Shown: positions 18,197-27,455 of the stretch, piece after piece
How positions within the stretch are numbered: the first letter of the stretch is position 1
Layout of the letters: each line of letters begins with the position of its first letter
Virus record (IMG/VR): IMGVR_UViG_3300042271_000115
Span: 4,173 to 68,172 of that record
Strand: one strand, 5' to 3'
Length of the DNA stretch: 64,000 nt
From: a virus
Lineage: Duplodnaviria > Caudoviricetes
Position numbers and translations under genes: made by a program
Notes under the pieces: model-generated
Told to the model about the DNA's origin: nothing
What the model saw: only the letters and a program-made list of their open reading frames with translations
The model's database searches: none

Positions 18197-18792
18197 TAAC
18201 GCCAACCTATAAACAGCTATATAGTATCGCCAAATCTAAAGCCTACGCATGGTTTACTGCACCTTATGACCTTAACTTCATAGGTATTCGTAGCAACACA
18301 AAGCATGACGATACATTTAACGACACTATAGCCGTTGCATATAAAGACGCTGATGGCAACGAGAGAGTGTTCTGTGCGCCTTTTACCTGTGATCCAGGCA
18401 CATACTACTTGCGTAATCCTCTTAATGCCAGTGGCACCGCTATCCTGCCAGAGGATCAGTATAGGAGCCTATGGATATTGGGTAAGCACAAAGGTTATGT
18501 TGCGCTTGTACAGCGCAAAGCCATTCGTGTTCTTAGAGACAATGATAAGAATGATCTTCTTGGCGGCACGCTCTCAGCTTATCCTGAGCTTGGTGGGTTT
18601 AACTTCCATAGAGCATTAGAGAATAGCATTGTCAAAACTATAGGCAAGTTCTCTGCTGGTTGCCAAGTTGTACAAGTGCCAGAGGACTTCAGCTATATCA
18701 TCAGCCTTGTTAGGCTACAAGTGAAATACGTAAAGTCAGCAATAGTCTCTTACACTCTTATTAATGAAAGGAATATACAATGGGACAGTTAA
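18184..18792 (+). CDS. Putative endolysin, L,D-transpeptidase (YkuD)-like fold
   Basis: NFIGIR...TCDPG...GTAIL...HKGYVALVQ...GFNFHRA...FSAGCQV (His...SxGC catalytic pattern). Confidence 0.6.
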   Translation: MDSMITPTYKQLYSIAKSKAYAWFTAPYDLNFIGIRSNTKHDDTFNDTIAVAYKDADGNERVFCAPFTCDPGTYYLRNPLNASGTAILPEDQYRSLWILGKHKGYVALVQRKAIRVLRDNDKNDLLGGTLSAYPELGGFNFHRALENSIVKTIGKFSAGCQVVQVPEDFSYIISLVRLQVKYVKSAIVSYTLINERNIQWDS

Positions 18793-20825
18793 TACAGCTT
18801 AGCCCTGAGGAATCAGGGAAGCTATGGTATAAGCTCTCTACTTATGAGAACAATATGTATGCCGCATGGAGAGCAGAGTGCCTCGATAACAGAGCCTTTT
18901 ATTTTGGGCATCAAGCAACAAGTGAAGAGATTACACAAATACAGGAGCGTGGTCAGCACTATATAGTAATTAACAAGATAAGAAAAGCCATAAGAGGCAT
19001 GTCTGGTATGCTTGCCTCTAATGTTCCTAAGTATAAACTAGTAGCTATGGGGGATGATGATAATCTTAAAGCCGCTCTAGGCAACAAGCTTCTTGATTGG
19101 GGATGGCATAACAGTGGCGGAGTAACAACTTTTAGACGCACAATTAAAGATGCACAGATAGATAACATTAAGTATCATCATGTTATATACTCTAAGGATA
19201 AAAAGGTTAAATCAGTATTGTTATCTTTTGATGATGTCCTTGTTGACCCATCCTCCAAGCATCCTATGTTTGAAGATGCAGAGATGATATGTATTCGCAG
19301 GTATGTTCCTATCGAGTACGTAAAAAGTGTATATGGTGTTGCAGACGTAGTGTATGAAGTTCCTGGCTCGTATTATGACTATGCTTCGCATGATACTGGG
19401 ACAGCCGAAGCAGCAAATGCTTTTATCCAGAAAGTATACAGTTATGACAAGATGTATGTAAACCTGTATGAGTGCTATAGAAAAGAGTTTTATCGCACTG
19501 AGGATACTGGTGAAGTAAAGTCTAAGATAATAAAAGATACAGTTATTGGCTTTAGACATTCCTTTAGAGAGGAATTGCCAAGTCCTATTTCTGAGTATCC
19601 TATTATACCTGTATATGTAGAAGACACAGAAAATCCATACAAGCGTGGAGAGATACATTTTCTTAAAGACCTTCAAAAGTTTATTAACAAGAGCTATGGT
19701 GTTGTATTGCTTAATGCTCAGTTAATGTCTAACCCCAAAGTATTCCTTAGAGAAACAGATATACCAAGTGCAGACATAGAAGAATTTGAAGATAACTATG
19801 CTAATCCAGGGTCTGTATCCGTATTAACTGGTAATGCAGAGCCTCCAATTATAGTGCAGGGTCAACCATTAAACAGTGCGTTCTTTACACTATATCAAGA
19901 CGCTAAGCTTGAAATGGAAGCGGCAACAGTATCAGCTATGCAGCTTGGGACAGTTATGCCTTCAGGCATGAACACCAGTCAATTACTTGATCAGAGAGAG
20001 ATGATTCTTGATTCACTTAAAGATTTTACGTCTGTTATAGACCTTGCCTGCTCTCAGCTCGGCAAGGTAATGCTACAGTACTGCTCTGCCTATCTCTCTA
20101 CAGAAGACTTGTTGAGACTGTTGGATACCTCAGGTGCACAAGCTCGGATACGGGGATATCTCGATCAGGGACTTAACGTTGATGATGAAGAAAGTGTTTC
20201 TCGGTATATAAGAACTGCAGAAGAAAACAATATACCTGTTGATGCGATAGAGCAGAATCTTGCTCAAGCACGTCTTGATACTGATTTCATGAAAGCCTTA
20301 GAGTATTATACCGATATGCCAGACTTCTCTGATATGGATGTAGTTGTTATTCCTGGCAGCTATACCCCAACATATGAAATGGCTATGATGAGATTAATGA
20401 TGGAACTTGCTCAGACTGGAGCTGTTGATCCATCGGTAATACTTAGGTATGTTCCATCAGAAAACAGGCAAGAACTCATAGAGCGTTTTGATTCTTTGCG
20501 TAGGCTCCAAGGACAGATTGAGTATCTTGAGGAAGAGAACAAAGAACTTAAGAAAGCCATTGAATCTCTTGAAGGTGAAGTCGTTACTCAAAGAGTTAAC
20601 GTTGCTACTATAAAAGAAACAAGTAAACTTGAAAAGCTTAAGGCAGAAGAAAAGGTAAAAGCCTTAATGCGTAAGTATGAACATAGGTTGCAAACAAGAG
20701 AACAGCAACAGAAGTTCAAAGAAGAACTTACTGAAATGTTGTTGAATATTCAGATAGAAAAACTTAAAGAGAAAGAACAAGAGCTTGACAGTAAACAAAG
20801 CTCCAATAATATTGAAATCCTATAA
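18780..20825 (+). CDS. Portal protein (P22/podovirus-like, with a long C-terminal coiled coil)
   Basis: AFYFGHQ...INKIRKAIRGMSG at the N-terminus, YPIIP, RGEIHFLKDLQKFINK; size; position before scaffold and MCP. Confidence 0.85.
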   Translation: MGQLIQLSPEESGKLWYKLSTYENNMYAAWRAECLDNRAFYFGHQATSEEITQIQERGQHYIVINKIRKAIRGMSGMLASNVPKYKLVAMGDDDNLKAALGNKLLDWGWHNSGGVTTFRRTIKDAQIDNIKYHHVIYSKDKKVKSVLLSFDDVLVDPSSKHPMFEDAEMICIRRYVPIEYVKSVYGVADVVYEVPGSYYDYASHDTGTAEAANAFIQKVYSYDKMYVNLYECYRKEFYRTEDTGEVKSKIIKDTVIGFRHSFREELPSPISEYPIIPVYVEDTENPYKRGEIHFLKDLQKFINKSYGVVLLNAQLMSNPKVFLRETDIPSADIEEFEDNYANPGSVSVLTGNAEPPIIVQGQPLNSAFFTLYQDAKLEMEAATVSAMQLGTVMPSGMNTSQLLDQREMILDSLKDFTSVIDLACSQLGKVMLQYCSAYLSTEDLLRLLDTSGAQARIRGYLDQGLNVDDEESVSRYIRTAEENNIPVDAIEQNLAQARLDTDFMKALEYYTDMPDFSDMDVVVIPGSYTPTYEMAMMRLMMELAQTGAVDPSVILRYVPSENRQELIERFDSLRRLQGQIEYLEEENKELKKAIESLEGEVVTQRVNVATIKETSKLEKLKAEEKVKALMRKYEHRLQTREQQQKFKEELTEMLLNIQIEKLKEKEQELDSKQSSNNIEIL

Positions 20826-20830
20826 GGAGA

Positions 20831-21703
20831 ATGAAAATGAACGAACAAAGTTTGCAAAACACTCCCTTCACTCCTGGGCGACCAGTGGTTGTCCCAACGA
20901 GCTCATTTACTCGTGAAGTACAAGAGAGCATTGTAGATAACTATTTCAACGGCACAGGCAGTGTTTATGCCAACACAGTTGATAATTATAACAAGCAATT
21001 TAGGACGCAGCAATCTGCGTCTACTGAACCAGCTCAAACTCAACAGTCAGTGGCTCAGACAGATACTCCGCAACTATCTGCTGAGGAGATTGCATCACTG
21101 ACTAAAATAAAAACAATGATTGATGGCAATCCTAACATACTAAATGAGATTGCCAGAAGAGAATTGAGTCAAGGTAATCAGCAACAGAATCCACAGTCTC
21201 AAGCGACTGTTCCAGCAGAGGGCTCGAATTCCTTTGCAACTAATAATGTCCCTAAGAACGAACCAAGTAGTGCGGACTTGTGGGATCAACTATTCATCAA
21301 GGATGAAAGCGGGACACCGCAAGATGCCAATACTGGCATAAATAACACTGGTACAGATGATGTGCAGACTGGTCAGACAGAACCTTCTAATTCTCCAACG
21401 GTATTCGATCAGCGCTTTAAAGAAGCTCTATATGCAGAGTGTTTAAAGAATGGTCAAGATTATAAAGAAGTATCTAGCTTTACTAATGAATTTGTTAAAG
21501 ACCCTACTGGCTTTATCGAGTTATATAAAGCTGTACAAGAAGTTAAGAAACAACAAAGCCAACAAGCACAGGGAGGCTCTCAAGTATCTCCTTCGCACAA
21601 CTCTAGACCAGTGAACTTATCGGAAGCCCCCACTCCGAATAATGTCCGCACATTAGCCTCCCCTGCTTTTGGCAACATAAATGCTAATCCATATTGGCGA
21701 TAA
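20831..21703 (+). CDS. Putative capsid scaffolding protein
   Basis: Q/S/T/N-rich and largely disordered; lies between portal and MCP. Confidence 0.55.
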   Translation: MKMNEQSLQNTPFTPGRPVVVPTSSFTREVQESIVDNYFNGTGSVYANTVDNYNKQFRTQQSASTEPAQTQQSVAQTDTPQLSAEEIASLTKIKTMIDGNPNILNEIARRELSQGNQQQNPQSQATVPAEGSNSFATNNVPKNEPSSADLWDQLFIKDESGTPQDANTGINNTGTDDVQTGQTEPSNSPTVFDQRFKEALYAECLKNGQDYKEVSSFTNEFVKDPTGFIELYKAVQEVKKQQSQQAQGGSQVSPSHNSRPVNLSEAPTPNNVRTLASPAFGNINANPYWR

Positions 21704-21725
21704 ATAATATTAAGGAAACAATAAA

Positions 21726-23768
21726 ATGTCGTATACAGATAGAACAAATTACGAAGGTAAGACTGCGGCAGAGCTTGGCCTAAGCCAAGACCTGGAGTCT
21801 ACTGGAGCGTTTTCTGGTACCACTATTGGTATTGGAGACAAATACATGATCGACCTCTACGGTAATATGATCACTCATAAAGTAGAGGATACTCCTTTGC
21901 TCACCATTCTTTCTAATCTTGGTACAGTTAGTGAGAAGCCTCCCTACATCGTATGGAACGACGAGTATGAAGGTAAGATGTGGTGGGATATTGCTATTGA
22001 TAATCTGCGTCAGAAAGATGCTCTTGATGCTGGTGGCAACGCCGATCTAGTCCTCCCAGGCAGCGGATCAAAAGCTATGGTAGATGGGACTCAAAGACCG
22101 TATGCTCTTACCGATTCAGCTTATACTGGTGGAGCAATAAAGCTGTTGAGTGCTACATCTCTTGACTCTAACCCTGCTAATAACATTCTTACCGCTACAG
22201 GTGGCACTACTATTGCTGCTCAAACTTATGTTGGAGCTGGGACTAATCAAGCATCAGGCATGGCATTCTGCCCTGCTAACAATCGCGGGGACACTACTGC
22301 TACCAATAAACTCTTCTTTGCTATTAAGCAAGAGAACGACAATACTGTTGGTACTGCCGACACTGTATATAATCGTCTTCATCAGCTATTGACCAACCTT
22401 GGCTATACTAAGGTATCTGCTACTGGAAGTTCTCCGATAGCTTTGGAGAGGTTTGATTATAGCACAAGTGTAACAGCCCCTGTCTATATGGCCTTTGATG
22501 AAATCCATCTCGCCAACGCCACAGATAACAACAGTGAGACTACCGTAACAGACATGGAAACACATTATGAGGCACTTATCCTGCTTAACAAGTTTGGAAA
22601 ATATACAGATAGCAGTGGCAATAACTATCTGTTTTTTGAACTTGATCTTGGTGTTTCAAATCTTGATCTTGGTTTAACTATTGGCAACTATGTTGCTTAC
22701 ACTGGCGACCCTGCTGCGAATTATGATTGTGCCTGTCTCAGCTTCCCCGTAGTAACTGGAACCGTGGGCGATACTGGCCCCTATGGAATCTTCCTCAACT
22801 CTGGTAAAACCACTGCAAAATACATCGGCAAGATGAGCCGCATGGTTCATATCGGTCGCAACATGGTAGCTCCTCCCCCTGTTCCTGAGGGCGATACCTT
22901 TAATGCTGGTGGCAACTTTACTGCTTGGAGAGAACGTTTGACTAACTTCAGTCAAATCTTTACCACTCCCAAGTATGGTATAACTGGTACCCATCAGGCA
23001 TCACAATTCAGATTTGGCGATGATTTCCAACGCACCAGAGCAATGTATCTCGAACTATACAAAGGCATGAAAGAATCTGCCTTCTTGTTTGGCATTAAGG
23101 GTGAAGTTGCCGTAAAAAGTGCTACTACAAATGGCTCCTTCATGGTTGGGCAACCTGCTCGTCAGCTTGGTGGCTTGATGGACTATGCGTTGTTCCCTAT
23201 CACTTATATGAAGAAAGCTCTTGGTTCTGGAAGCTATACTAATCCAGAAACTCCAAATGCTAATTTCATTACTTGGCTTGACGATATCTGTGATCGTCTT
23301 AATGCCTTTAAGTATAATGGAAGCAAAGACCTTACATTCCTTGTAAGCAAAAACTTCCTGAGACGTCTAATTCCCTATACCCGTACTATTACTAATAATG
23401 GGAATATTATGGGTGGTCAGGTACAGATAGCTAAGCCCACACAACTTAGCTTTGGTCTTGAGCTTTATACTTTCGTCAGTGCTTCTGGTGCTAACGTTAA
23501 GTTTATCCATGAGCCAGCTCTTGACACTCTTCCTTTCTTCCCTGTTCCTTATTGGATGTTTGGAGCTTCAAACGTAAGTCCTCGTGACATTATGATCTCC
23601 ATTGATACCAATAATATCAAGCAAGTAGTATGTCGCCCTGACCGTATCTATGGCAACATCCAGGATATCGGGCAGGATGCGTTTATGGAAGGTATGAGAG
23701 GTGAATCTTCATTCATCCTAAGATACCCCAAAAATCATGCAATAGTGTACGCTCCTACGCAACTGTAA
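21726..23768 (+). CDS. Major capsid protein (HK97 fold, DUF5309/SU10-like) with a large insertion
   Basis: DTPLLTIL...VWNDE; PEGD...RLTNFSQIF...ITGT; KESAFLFG; RQLGGL; followed by a terminator. Confidence 0.8.
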   Translation: MSYTDRTNYEGKTAAELGLSQDLESTGAFSGTTIGIGDKYMIDLYGNMITHKVEDTPLLTILSNLGTVSEKPPYIVWNDEYEGKMWWDIAIDNLRQKDALDAGGNADLVLPGSGSKAMVDGTQRPYALTDSAYTGGAIKLLSATSLDSNPANNILTATGGTTIAAQTYVGAGTNQASGMAFCPANNRGDTTATNKLFFAIKQENDNTVGTADTVYNRLHQLLTNLGYTKVSATGSSPIALERFDYSTSVTAPVYMAFDEIHLANATDNNSETTVTDMETHYEALILLNKFGKYTDSSGNNYLFFELDLGVSNLDLGLTIGNYVAYTGDPAANYDCACLSFPVVTGTVGDTGPYGIFLNSGKTTAKYIGKMSRMVHIGRNMVAPPPVPEGDTFNAGGNFTAWRERLTNFSQIFTTPKYGITGTHQASQFRFGDDFQRTRAMYLELYKGMKESAFLFGIKGEVAVKSATTNGSFMVGQPARQLGGLMDYALFPITYMKKALGSGSYTNPETPNANFITWLDDICDRLNAFKYNGSKDLTFLVSKNFLRRLIPYTRTITNNGNIMGGQVQIAKPTQLSFGLELYTFVSASGANVKFIHEPALDTLPFFPVPYWMFGASNVSPRDIMISIDTNNIKQVVCRPDRIYGNIQDIGQDAFMEGMRGESSFILRYPKNHAIVYAPTQL

Positions 23769-23777
23769 TAACTCGAT

Positions 23778-23804
23778 GGCGGGGGTTTCCTCCTTGCCCC
23801 CGCC
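23778..23804 (+). terminator. Terminator after the MCP
   Basis: ggcggggg/cccccgcc stem followed by ttcaatttt. Confidence 0.6.
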
Positions 23805-23818
23805 TTCAATTTTAAGGA

Positions 23819-24241
23819 ATGAATATGAAACCACTAGTATTTTTTAACTCACGAGCCGAAGTAGTTAGACGTGAGATAGTTTTCCCTAGCAAGAAAAAGA
23901 TAGTTATCTCAAGAGAATCCCCAGAGTATACTACAGCAGATAAAGAAGAAATAGACTTCTTGTCTAAAGTATTTGGTATTGGGGTTAGAGCTTTAAACGA
24001 AAAAGAGTATACTCTTTATATGACTTCTCGTTTTGAAGATATGCCTCATGTAGAGAAAAAAGAGATTAGCTCAAGTGATCTTGAAGCCTATCTCGCTTCT
24101 ACTGCGCACGAGAAGCTCGTTATAGAGCTTTTGCGCTCTAAGGGATATGAGATATCAAAAAAGGCTGAAGACTTCTCAGAAGCTCTATCAGGAGTTCCTA
24201 AGGCAACTAAAACAAAGACAAAGAAAACTATTAAGAAATGA
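23819..24241 (+). CDS. Hypothetical virion-module protein
   Basis: ORF with RBS after the MCP. Confidence 0.55.
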   Translation: MNMKPLVFFNSRAEVVRREIVFPSKKKIVISRESPEYTTADKEEIDFLSKVFGIGVRALNEKEYTLYMTSRFEDMPHVEKKEISSSDLEAYLASTAHEKLVIELLRSKGYEISKKAEDFSEALSGVPKATKTKTKKTIKK

Positions 24242-24534
24242 AACACAGAAGCTATCCCATGACTCTTATTTATGAGGGAGTAATACAGAGAGCTATTTCT
24301 ATTGTAGCCTCTGAACCTTGCCCCTCTGTAAGCGCATATGGGCTTAATTGCATTAATGAGCTTATTAGTCTTGGGACATTAGCTGATGGTAGAATTAACA
24401 TAGACAGCAAACACAGGATAGCTGTTGTATGGTTTGAGTATGATACTGGTGTTGTTGACTGTGGCATAGTTGATTCGATAGACTTAATTATAGACGGGAG
24501 CTATAGCTTACGCAATGATAACAGCGCATCTTAG
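24238..24534 (+). CDS. Hypothetical protein
   Basis: ATGA overlap with the previous ORF. Confidence 0.5.
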   Translation: MKHRSYPMTLIYEGVIQRAISIVASEPCPSVSAYGLNCINELISLGTLADGRINIDSKHRIAVVWFEYDTGVVDCGIVDSIDLIIDGSYSLRNDNSAS

Positions 24535-24817
24535 CACAATAAAAGAAGGTGAAGCTATTACCAGATGTGCAGTCAGCTTTGTTGTTAACTGTCCTCTGAA
24601 GATAGGTAACTTAGCTTTTGAGCTAAACACTCAGCATAAGGGTGTATGGTCAACGGTCAGTAAAGAAGTATCTCTAAATAGAACGGGCTATAACTTTATA
24701 TTCTTTTACCTTGACGTAAAGCCAGCAAGCTATCTTGAGCTTAACGTAACTGATATGACAGGCATAGATGTTATATACACAAGCACAATATCTGCACTGA
24801 GCATGGTGAAGGTATGA
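24515..24817 (+). CDS. Hypothetical beta-rich protein
   Basis: Overlapping ORF in the operon. Confidence 0.5.
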   Translation: MITAHLSTIKEGEAITRCAVSFVVNCPLKIGNLAFELNTQHKGVWSTVSKEVSLNRTGYNFIFFYLDVKPASYLELNVTDMTGIDVIYTSTISALSMVKV

Positions 24818-25254
24818 AGATAAGTGATATCATTAAAGACTGCCCATCTCTTACTGATGAGTTGATAAGAACTGCTTATTCACATGTAGTAAGGACAGTA
24901 AGACTTCAACCACTACTAGTAACTATAGAGACAAATAAGCTAAGGTGCTATGATCTTACTAAAGAAACTCACCAGCTTACAAGGGCAGAACTTTATACTC
25001 CATTAGGGCAATATGCTTTGACAGATGAAGATGGTTATTGTTTTGTTGATTATGATGGCAGATACATAGTAGCTAATGATATGGGCAACTATGGTCAGAA
25101 CATAACCTATACAGACTATGAGGGTGCATGGCTTACAGATGAAGATGGCTATGTGCTGTCTGAAAAAGATGATATAGATGGAGACTATCTTTCTGGAGAA
25201 GATGGAATAGTCTTAGAAGATTATGATGATTCACTATTTGTAGAGGAGATATAA
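24814..25254 (+). CDS. Virion protein with acidic LTDEDGY repeats
   Basis: LTDEDGY twice plus LSGEDGI. Confidence 0.55.
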   Translation: MKISDIIKDCPSLTDELIRTAYSHVVRTVRLQPLLVTIETNKLRCYDLTKETHQLTRAELYTPLGQYALTDEDGYCFVDYDGRYIVANDMGNYGQNITYTDYEGAWLTDEDGYVLSEKDDIDGDYLSGEDGIVLEDYDDSLFVEEI

Positions 25255-25478
25255 TGTCAGACACAGTAAGAGTAACAGAAGTATTAAAGAAGAAACTTTC
25301 TTCAGTTCCAGAGGTTAATGAAAGCGAGCTTACAACCGATGATATATTGATAGGTCTTAAGTCGGATGACAATAAAAAGACAGTGCAGATACCATTAGTT
25401 GTTCTTTTAAATCTTATTGATACTGAGTTGTTAACAGATATAAAAGACAAACTTAATCAATTATTAGAAGCAGAGTAA
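25254..25478 (+). CDS. Small hypothetical protein
   Basis: TAATG coupling at both ends. Confidence 0.55.
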   Translation: MSDTVRVTEVLKKKLSSVPEVNESELTTDDILIGLKSDDNKKTVQIPLVVLLNLIDTELLTDIKDKLNQLLEAE

Positions 25479-25921
25479 TGTATCAGTTAGAGAAATATCC
25501 TGTAAAGATAAAGCAAATAGTGGATGTTATTTGTGAAACTAGACTTGAGGATATTCCACATGTTGTTCAAGAAGACCGACCTGATGTTGTTATGAGCCTA
25601 GGCCCCTGCCAGCCAGCAGGGGCAATATACTATTCTAATAATCAAATTACCTGTACAGCTCCAACTACCTTTATGGCTATATGCTATTTTATGCCAATGA
25701 TAGTAGAAGACGGTGAGGATGGGTATATTCCAGATCACTTAGTTATGTTGACAGTATGCAAGGCTCTCTCTATCCTTGCAGAAGAGTCTGGTGATGTTGA
25801 GCAGTGCGCAAGATATGAAGCTGTGTTTACTCAGCTTGTCAATTCATACAATGAAAACTTTCTCGATACTTTACCAAATACCTTGAGTCAAGGATATAAA
25901 ATAAATGCTAACCAACTATAG
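25478..25921 (+). CDS. Putative head-tail adaptor/ring protein
   Basis: IPDHLVMLTVCKAL...A.YE..F helical pattern and position; contextual call. Confidence 0.4.
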   Translation: MYQLEKYPVKIKQIVDVICETRLEDIPHVVQEDRPDVVMSLGPCQPAGAIYYSNNQITCTAPTTFMAICYFMPMIVEDGEDGYIPDHLVMLTVCKALSILAEESGDVEQCARYEAVFTQLVNSYNENFLDTLPNTLSQGYKINANQL

Positions 25922-26369
25922 CTACACAGAATATCTTTCATCAGTTTATGCTGATAGCACCAACACTATTCTTGCTAAACTTAATAAGGCTACTCTATAT
26001 AGTCTTAAGGTGTTATCTGTTCATGGCGTAACAATGATAAAGAATACTCCAGAGCATGTGTATGAAATAAAGAGAGAGTTTGATGAGACAGAAGAAGAAA
26101 TGCTTGGTGGTGAATGCTCAAGAATGGTTAATAGCTTAATCTCTCATAGTGACGCTGTGGTGAAAGTAGTTTTACCCAAAACTTATGACCAAACTATTGT
26201 AGATAGAATAGATGGTCTTATATCATCTCTAAGAGACTCTGACCCAACCAGGGCATTTCAATATGTTTCTCTATTAAGTACTCATACAAAGAACAAGCTT
26301 GCTGAGTATAACCAAGAACGTGAATACAAATCTAAGAGAACAGGTAAGATAAAGCCATGTCAATTTTAG
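25905..26369 (+). CDS. Putative neck/ring protein
   Basis: Helical ORF between MCP and tail genes. Confidence 0.4.
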   Translation: MLTNYSYTEYLSSVYADSTNTILAKLNKATLYSLKVLSVHGVTMIKNTPEHVYEIKREFDETEEEMLGGECSRMVNSLISHSDAVVKVVLPKTYDQTIVDRIDGLISSLRDSDPTRAFQYVSLLSTHTKNKLAEYNQEREYKSKRTGKIKPCQF

Positions 26370-26812
26370 CATACGATAAATTCAAGGCATCTATAGTAAG
26401 ACCATATATAACTATACCGTGCCTCGCGATATGTAAGACCACTATGTTAAAAGCTTATGCTGGTGATATGTATGATTCCCACGACTATGTTTGCTGTACT
26501 CCACTAAGCAGACTATTAAGACACACTAATTCCAGTGTTGCTTTTAAGGGCACAGACACAGCCATAGCAGAGCCTTTCATCATTGGGCAGTACCACAACT
26601 CTACTATAGACATGATGTCTCCACAGGAGCCATCTCATGATATTTTAACAGACATTCTTTCTGGCTTATATTGGAGTTTGTGTAATGAGCTTCCTGAATT
26701 ATCTTATGTGTATATGCAAGCGTATTATCTTATTGCAAGAATGTCGCAAGATACTCCGCCTATGTTTGGCGGGAAAGAAACAAGATATGAGGTAAAGACT
26801 TATGAGTTCTAA
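26357..26812 (+). CDS. Putative neck/ring protein
   Basis: Overlapping ORF in the same cluster. Confidence 0.4.
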   Translation: MSILAYDKFKASIVRPYITIPCLAICKTTMLKAYAGDMYDSHDYVCCTPLSRLLRHTNSSVAFKGTDTAIAEPFIIGQYHNSTIDMMSPQEPSHDILTDILSGLYWSLCNELPELSYVYMQAYYLIARMSQDTPPMFGGKETRYEVKTYEF

Positions 26813-27455
26813 TACAGGCTCAAGCATAGAAAAGATGACTCCCCCTTCTCCCACTGCGTCGCAAAAGAGAAGTATCAATTTATTTAATGCTGAAGAAGAA
26901 GAAATAGATGCTATCAGTTTTGAACGCATAGGTGTTAATACTATGCATTATAAAGATAGAACATCGATAGTGTCTGCTAAATATGCTGATGTTACTACTT
27001 GCCTTGGAGAAATACGGCCAGGGAAGGGTGTTAAGTTTATTCTTGCAGATGTTCCAGCTATCTATGACTCAATACCAGAAATCATATCTCCTTCTGATCC
27101 TACTGGATGGGATGACGTAATTATTAAAGAAAATGAAATGGTTATTATAGCTGAAATAATAGCAGGAGCGGGGGCAGAAGTAGCCGCAGGAGATATTCTT
27201 GGAGCCTTTGTAGGATATCCTGTAGCAGAATTACGTGGAAGGTCTGTTGTCCAAAATATAGCTGGTACGCATCTCTGTGTAATTGTCGTATATTATGATA
27301 CAGAAGAAATAGGAAAACATATTAATCTAAGACTATACAGCATTGATTATGATGAGGAATTCTCATCCTCTATAGATATAGAGGAGGGCGTAGCAGGAAG
27401 CTTAGAAAATCCTGTACAACTTGAAATTACATCTCCTCCCCCACCGGCATCGTAA
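26802..27455 (+). CDS. Hypothetical tail-region protein
   Basis: ORF coupled to the large tail gene. Confidence 0.5.
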   Translation: MSSNTGSSIEKMTPPSPTASQKRSINLFNAEEEEIDAISFERIGVNTMHYKDRTSIVSAKYADVTTCLGEIRPGKGVKFILADVPAIYDSIPEIISPSDPTGWDDVIIKENEMVIIAEIIAGAGAEVAAGDILGAFVGYPVAELRGRSVVQNIAGTHLCVIVVYYDTEEIGKHINLRLYSIDYDEEFSSSIDIEEGVAGSLENPVQLEITSPPPPAS

